Source: Octopus vulgaris
Lineage: Eukaryota
Assembly: GCA_951406725.2 (NCBI GenBank)
Contig: OX597837.1
Span: 38,316,001-38,380,000 of the forward strand
Length of the DNA stretch: 64,000 nucleotides
Direction of reading: 5' to 3'
Shown: positions 58,461-64,000 of the stretch, piece by piece
Layout: every line of letters starts with the position of its first letter
Position numbering within the stretch: position 1 is the stretch's first letter
Translations under genes and position numbers: made by a program
Notes under the pieces: model-generated
The model's database searches: none
What the model was told of the DNA's origin: nothing
Seen by the model: the letters and a program-made list of their open reading frames with translations, nothing else

Positions 58461-58750
58461 CAGTTAGTCTCATCGCACCTATGACTGCTCATGGCTTCGG
58501 CATGACTCTCGGTAAGCTTTCTCCATGCTGATTGGTTTTTCCTCTTGAGTTTGCCATTTATTATGATCAATTCTTTTCCCCTTCACACTCCTTTCTTCAG
58601 TATCTTTGAATCGCAGTATGGACCTTTCTCGGTTTCTCGTCTTCTCGCGTAGTTGGGAAAAAAGGATTTGTCTGGGGAGTCAACTGCTGTCCTTCTTGTG
58701 TACGTGTCCCAACGTAGATTTCTGTTAATGAGGAGATCCATCATAGGAGA
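58461..58750 (-). mobile_element. RTE-like LINE 3' end
   Basis: Minus strand gives ..LRFKD..WQTQEENQSAWRKL, resembling an RTE C-terminus. Confidence 0.5.
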
Positions 58751-58816
58751 CAGATACATTCATAACTAAATTATAATCCAAATTTAGTAATGCTAGAAAT
58801 ATTTGGTTAACAATAG

Positions 58817-59229
58817 TTACTCTTTTACTCTTTTACTTGTTTCAGTCATTTGACTGTGGCCAAGCTGGAGCACCCTCTTTAGTCGAGCAAATCAAGCCCA
58901 GGACTTATTCTTTGTAAGCCTAGTACTTATTCTATCACTCTCTTTTGCCGAACCGCTAAGTTACGGGGACGTAAACACACCAGCATCGGTTGTCAAGCGA
59001 TGTTGAGGAGACAAACACAGACTCATAAACATATACACATATACATACATACATATATATGTACATATATACGACGGGTTTCTTTCAGTTTCCGTCTACC
59101 AAATCCACTCACAAGGCTTTTGTCGGCCCGAGGCTATAGTAGAAGACACTTGCCCAAGGTGCCACGCAGTGGGACTGAACCCGGAACTATGTAGTTCGTA
59201 AGCAAGCTACTTACCACACAGCCACTCCT
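58817..59229 (-). mobile_element. Full-length SINE family A
   Basis: Matches the family consensus. Confidence 0.9.
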
Positions 59230-60089
59230 AGTTAACTAAAGAATAAACAACTCTAATCTATTATAATAGAAATGGAGTGAAACTTGATGGGGAAACAATG
59301 TCTCCCGAACCGCCATCGTAAATCCGAAATAGATGGGACGTAGCTAGGAGGAAGGGCTTTGATAACAATCAGGGGAATATGACAAAGTAACGACGGTTGC
59401 TTTAGAAAAACACTTGGAAGCGGGTAGAAGAAGAGTGGTTAGTTTAATAAGGGGGGAATCAAGAAATAAAACGCATTATATATAAAGACAATACAAAGTA
59501 CAAAATAGAAGCTAATTAAATTGAAGAAAGGTATTTAGATGAAGACAAAGCAATAGAAAAAAAAAACGAGTCACAATATGAAACGAAAATGGAATGAAAA
59601 GCTATAATAGAATAAATATAATGGAGAGAGAGGGAGACAACTCCATGGTCAATATCCTGCGAGAATCGACAGAGAGAGGAAATATGTCAGTACAAAAGCT
59701 AACAATGGCTCAAAAGTTCTAGATTAAAGACTGAAAGGAATGGTTGGATATTATTAGACTGGAAAGACTAGTGTCTAGCCACAAATGACTACCAAAATAA
59801 AATAATGAGATGAAAATGTAACGCAACCTATCCATTATGCAATCAGTAAGCATAAGAGAAGAACGATTGACCACATAATTTCTGTCTGGTGAGTTTTCGC
59901 TAAGAGAGAGAACATCGCCACGAGCCTAAACGAGGGGTGATGCTAACTATTTTCAGAGAGGGATGTGCGTTTAGTGTACATGAAAGTACTGAGAGATAGT
60001 AATAAAAGCTACTTCAAAGCAAAGGATGGGACAATGACAAAACTGCGATAATCTCTCTGTAACACTTCTTTTATCAAGGCCGCCGTGAT

Positions 60090-60595
60090 TGGTTTCAGTC
60101 ACTGAACTGCGGCCATGCTGGAGCAGCGCCTTGAAGGATTTAATCGATGATATAAACTTCGGTATTTGTTTTTGTAAGCCTGGTGCTTATTCTGTCCTTA
60201 TCATTTGCCGAACCGCTAGTTTACGAGGACGTAAACAACTTAACACCGGTTGTCAAGCGATGGTGGGCAACAAACACAAACATAGACATATATAAATACA
60301 CACACATACATACACACATACACACACACACATACATACATACATACATACATACACATATACATACATGCACACATTAATACATACACACTTACATACA
60401 CACACATAAGCACACACACATAAATACACATACATACACACACATACATACCTACACACAGACATATGCACGCGCGACGGGTTTCTTTCAGTTTCCCGTT
60501 AACCAAATCCAATCACAAGGCTTTCGACCCAAGGAGCCACGCAGTAGGACTGAACCCAAGATCACATGGTTTGAGCAACCTCTCTACACAGACAG
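60090..60595 (-). mobile_element. SINE family A, diverged
   Basis: Consensus match with an internal CA tract. Confidence 0.75.
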
Positions 60596-60709
60596 CTTTA
60601 AGCTGTGAAGGAAGATTAAAAGAGAAACCATTCCAGTATTTGCCAAGACAAGACAGGAAACTTATATGCGGTCTGTCGGTTTTTGCCAGTTCTTTAGATT
60701 AAAAATATA

Positions 60710-61037
60710 CTTTTCTCCTATAAGCACAGGGCCTGAAATTTTGGGGAAGGGGTTAAGTCGATTACATCGAGCCCAGTACTCAACTGATATTTTGTTTTTT
60801 AGGCGGCGAGCTGGCAGAATTGTTAGCACGCCGGGTGAAATGCGTAGTCGTATTTCGTCTGCTGTTACGTTCTGAGTTCAAATTCCGCCGAGGTCGACTT
60901 TGCCTTTCATCCTTTCGGGGTCGATAAATTAAGTACCAGTTACCCACTGCGGCAGAATTTGAACTCAGAACGTAGCGACGGGCCAAATACCGCTAAGCAT
61001 TTCATCCAGTGTGCTAACGATTCTGCCAGCTTGCCGC
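60710..61037. mobile_element. Cluster of SINE family B pieces in both orientations
   Basis: Plus copy about 60800-60948 abuts a minus head at about 60950-61037. Confidence 0.8.
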
Positions 61038-61075
61038 ATTTTTTTCAGACTAAAAAAATAATGCACAGAAAGAAC

Positions 61076-61905
61076 GAGAAGAGTTATGAAACTTATCACG
61101 TGACCGACCAGGCATATCAGATGTTGTTATATATCGCTGGTCACAATGCGCTTTTAGCATTATTTTAGCCTTCAAATGACGCCACCCCGTTAGCCTGGCG
61201 AGCAGACCAACATTCTCCCCCTGATCGAAAGGGTGGACTATAGCAATGTGCAATAAAGTGTTTTGCACGCGAACACGACGCGCCGCCCAGTCAGGGAATT
61301 GAACCCTCGATATAGCGAGTGTGAGTGCAACAGCCTAACCACTGGGCTACGCGTCTTCCCATAAAAGTTATATGACGGCAAAACAAGTAAAGCTGGCACT
61401 CCGTCTGTTGCGACGACGATGGTTCTAGCTGATCCGATCATCGGAGCGGCCTTCAAGTGAAATTAACGGGCAAGTGGCTGAGTACTCCACGGACATGTGG
61501 ACGTATAACGTAGTTCCTAAGGAGATTCAGCGTGATACAGAATGAAAAAAGACTGGCCCTTTTAATTACAGGTGAAACTTACCTTTGACAGCTGAGTGAA
61601 CTGGAGGAAAGTAAAGTGTCTTGCTGAAGGACATAACGCATCGTCAGGTGACATTGAGGTGCAAGTGGCTGATCAGTCCCCTGGAACTTGTACCCGAAAT
61701 GCAGTTCCCGGGGTGATTCAGCATTTCACAGAATGGGAAAAGACTGGCCCTTTTCAATTACAGCTACAATTCAATTTAGCCATCTGAATGAATTGGAGCA
61801 ACGTTAAATAAAATGACTTGCCCAAGGATGCAACGCACCAACGGGTATCGAACGCAAGACGTGACGATTGCGATCCGAAGGACCTAATCACTAAACCACG
61901 CGCCT
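61076..61905 (-). mobile_element. SINE family E/F copies (tRNA-derived head, D-like central domain)
   Basis: Heads ctaaccactgggctacgcg and ctaatcactaaaccacgcgcc; tails match 33793-33878 and 5690-6062. Confidence 0.75.
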
Positions 61906-62101
61906 TTACCAAAACAAGCAAGATGTGATGGTGGTGTTGGTAGCGGTGAGAAGAAAAAAAACCTTTCTGTGGTTAATAAAATAGGGGAACATGTACCCGG
62001 TGTCCGATCCGTTGTGATGGATAATCTATGATGAGGGGGTCGAGACGAACAAGTTTGTCGTGTGTCAAGACCAGCGTATTACCCTTCACATAACCACTCA
62101 C

Positions 62102-62255
62102 CGTGGCTGAGGGGTGAGAAGTTTGATCCTCGGGCATATAGTTCCGGGTCCAGCCTTACTGCGTGGCACCGTGGGCAAGTGTCTTCCACTATAGTCTCCG
62201 GTCAACCAAATATTTATGGTTGGATTTGGTAGGCGGAAACTGAAAAAAGCCTGTC

Positions 62256-62258
<3 letters not shown>
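62102..62258 (+). mobile_element. SINE family A 5' part
   Basis: Matches the family consensus. Confidence 0.75.
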
Positions 62259-62314
<56 letters not shown>

Positions 62315-62349
62315 CATACATACATATATACTTACATACATATCTATAC

Positions 62350-62393
<44 letters not shown>

Positions 62394-62532
62394 ATGTGTG
62401 TATGTATGTAAGTATGTATGCATGTATGTATATATATATATATATATATATATACTCACACTCGCGTGAAACACATGCACACCCACACACACACACCTAT
62501 ATCTATTCATATATATGCACTCACGCACGCAA

Positions 62533-62578
<46 letters not shown>

Positions 62579-62974
62579 GTGTATGTTCCCATATGCGCAC
62601 AAATATGTCCGTATACACGTTTATATACGCACATGCACAAAAAATGCAGGGTCAAAGGTAATATACAGAAAAAAATATCTAAAAATATATACAAAAATAT
62701 GTAAAAAGTATATATAAAAAATATAGAGAGATTAAATGTTTGTACGTGGTCACAATATGAAAAGCAGGTTCTATCTGTGACTTTGGGATGGACCAAAAAC
62801 GTAATAATTATTTAATCATGTGTGGACATCATCCAAGAAGTTCAGTTATTGAATTCAGACATGCAGCAGGGTCTAAGCTGCTTTTCCAGAGGAGCCATCT
62901 TTCCATATCACAAAGACCGCACTTATTATATGATCGATCACCACGCATCCATTTCTAAGTAAGTTTTATATAAA

Positions 62975-63034
<60 letters not shown>

Positions 63035-63040
63035 GACAGA

Positions 63041-63109
<69 letters not shown>

Positions 63110-63115
<6 letters not shown>

Positions 63116-63420
63116 TATATAGAAGGAGCTTCTACAGGACTAGAACTGTTTCATTCAAGAGAAATCTTCAGGAAGCTAGTTAACAAGAATTGTATTGGCA
63201 TTTATACATTTAGGCAGGTTTAAAGGGGTGTTGGTGGGGGACCTGCCTAAATGTATAAATGCCAATACAATTCTTGTTAACTAGCTTCCTGAAGATTTCT
63301 CTTGAATGAAACAGTTCTAGTCCTGTAGAAGCTCCTTCTATATAATAAATTAATTTTACTCTGCTATGTATTGAGTACCTTACTTACTGTGGTTAACCCC
63401 GAATCAACCCGGGACCTACA
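63110..63420. mobile_element. PLE-like element with perfect 110-bp inverted arms, inside (TA)n
   Basis: 63110-63219 is the reverse complement of 63241-63350; 21-nt G-rich spacer; about 70-bp tail. Confidence 0.85.
63283..63333 (+). ncRNA. Type I hammerhead ribozyme, canonical core (mirror copy at 63127-63177, minus strand)
   Basis: AGCUUC-CUGAAGA-U-UUC(UCUU)GAA-U-GAAACAG(UUCUAGUC)CUGUA-GAAGCU. Confidence 0.8.
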
Positions 63421-63607
63421 TATATATATATATATATATCCCTGTGTGAACCAGAGTACTGGATGTTGTTATACACCGCTTTCTCATTTAAAGTTTCAAA
63501 TGATGCATCCCTGTTGCATCATTTGAAAGTTGATGGAAATAGAATCGTACAAGATTTTGTAAAATGTGTACTTACATATAAGAGAACAAAGTGTACGTAC
63601 GCCTCTG

Positions 63608-63717
<110 letters not shown>

Positions 63718-63839
63718 CGTGTGTGTATAAGTACATGCACACATTTCAGATAGATAGATAGATGGTTCAAATTTGCAGTAAACACAACACGAAGGCAGGT
63801 GAGGGAATAACAAGCAGGTGTATTAGAGAAAGGAAAAGT

Positions 63840-63875
63840 CTTTGACGTTTCGAACCAATGCACTTCGACAGAAAG
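63840..63875 (-). ncRNA. HHR-like motif (CUGUNGA family), decayed stem II
   Basis: CUUU-CUGUCGA-A-GUGC(AUUG)GUUC-GAAAC-GUC-AAAG. Confidence 0.5.
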
Positions 63876-64000
63876 GATTGAGAGGAAAAAAACGGAGAAA
63901 TGTGTAGGGATATTATATATATATATATATGCGTGCGTGCGTGCGTGCGTGTGCGTGTACGTGTGTGTGTGTATGAGGAAGGTGGGAGATGGACCCTCTT

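Noticed and set aside
59270-60060. Purine-rich unique stretch, possibly an old LINE RT fragment on the minus strand
   Set aside because: Only a vague resemblance to the YRPISL motif; too degraded to call.

Overview
Eukaryotic, AT-rich, non-genic DNA (intergenic or intronic). It is dominated by compound microsatellites and many tRNA-derived SINE copies, a mix that best fits a coleoid cephalopod (Octopus-like) genome; that assignment is inference. No host protein-coding exon could be supported, and nearly all listed ORFs are microsatellite artefacts. Recognisable transposon remnants are a DD37D (maT-type) Tc1/mariner, CR1-like and RTE LINE 3' ends, an R4/Dong-type LINE end inserted in (TAA)n, a hAT MITE and a Helentron-type non-autonomous element. 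The main unannotated signal is about 20 type I hammerhead-ribozyme (HHR) motifs or remnants from at least 7 unrelated sequence families. They lie in short elements that mostly abut (TA)n tracts and in several cases form inverted repeats, as expected for Penelope-like element pseudo-LTRs or retrozyme-like elements. One family carries a fixed non-canonical core (CUGUNGA plus an extra A) while varying mainly at positions a working hammerhead tolerates, and several others carry CCGANGA. Short unique islands rich in transcription-factor-like motifs lie between the repeats and may be enhancers. HHR and inverted-repeat coordinates were counted by hand; SINE/LINE boundaries are approximate.
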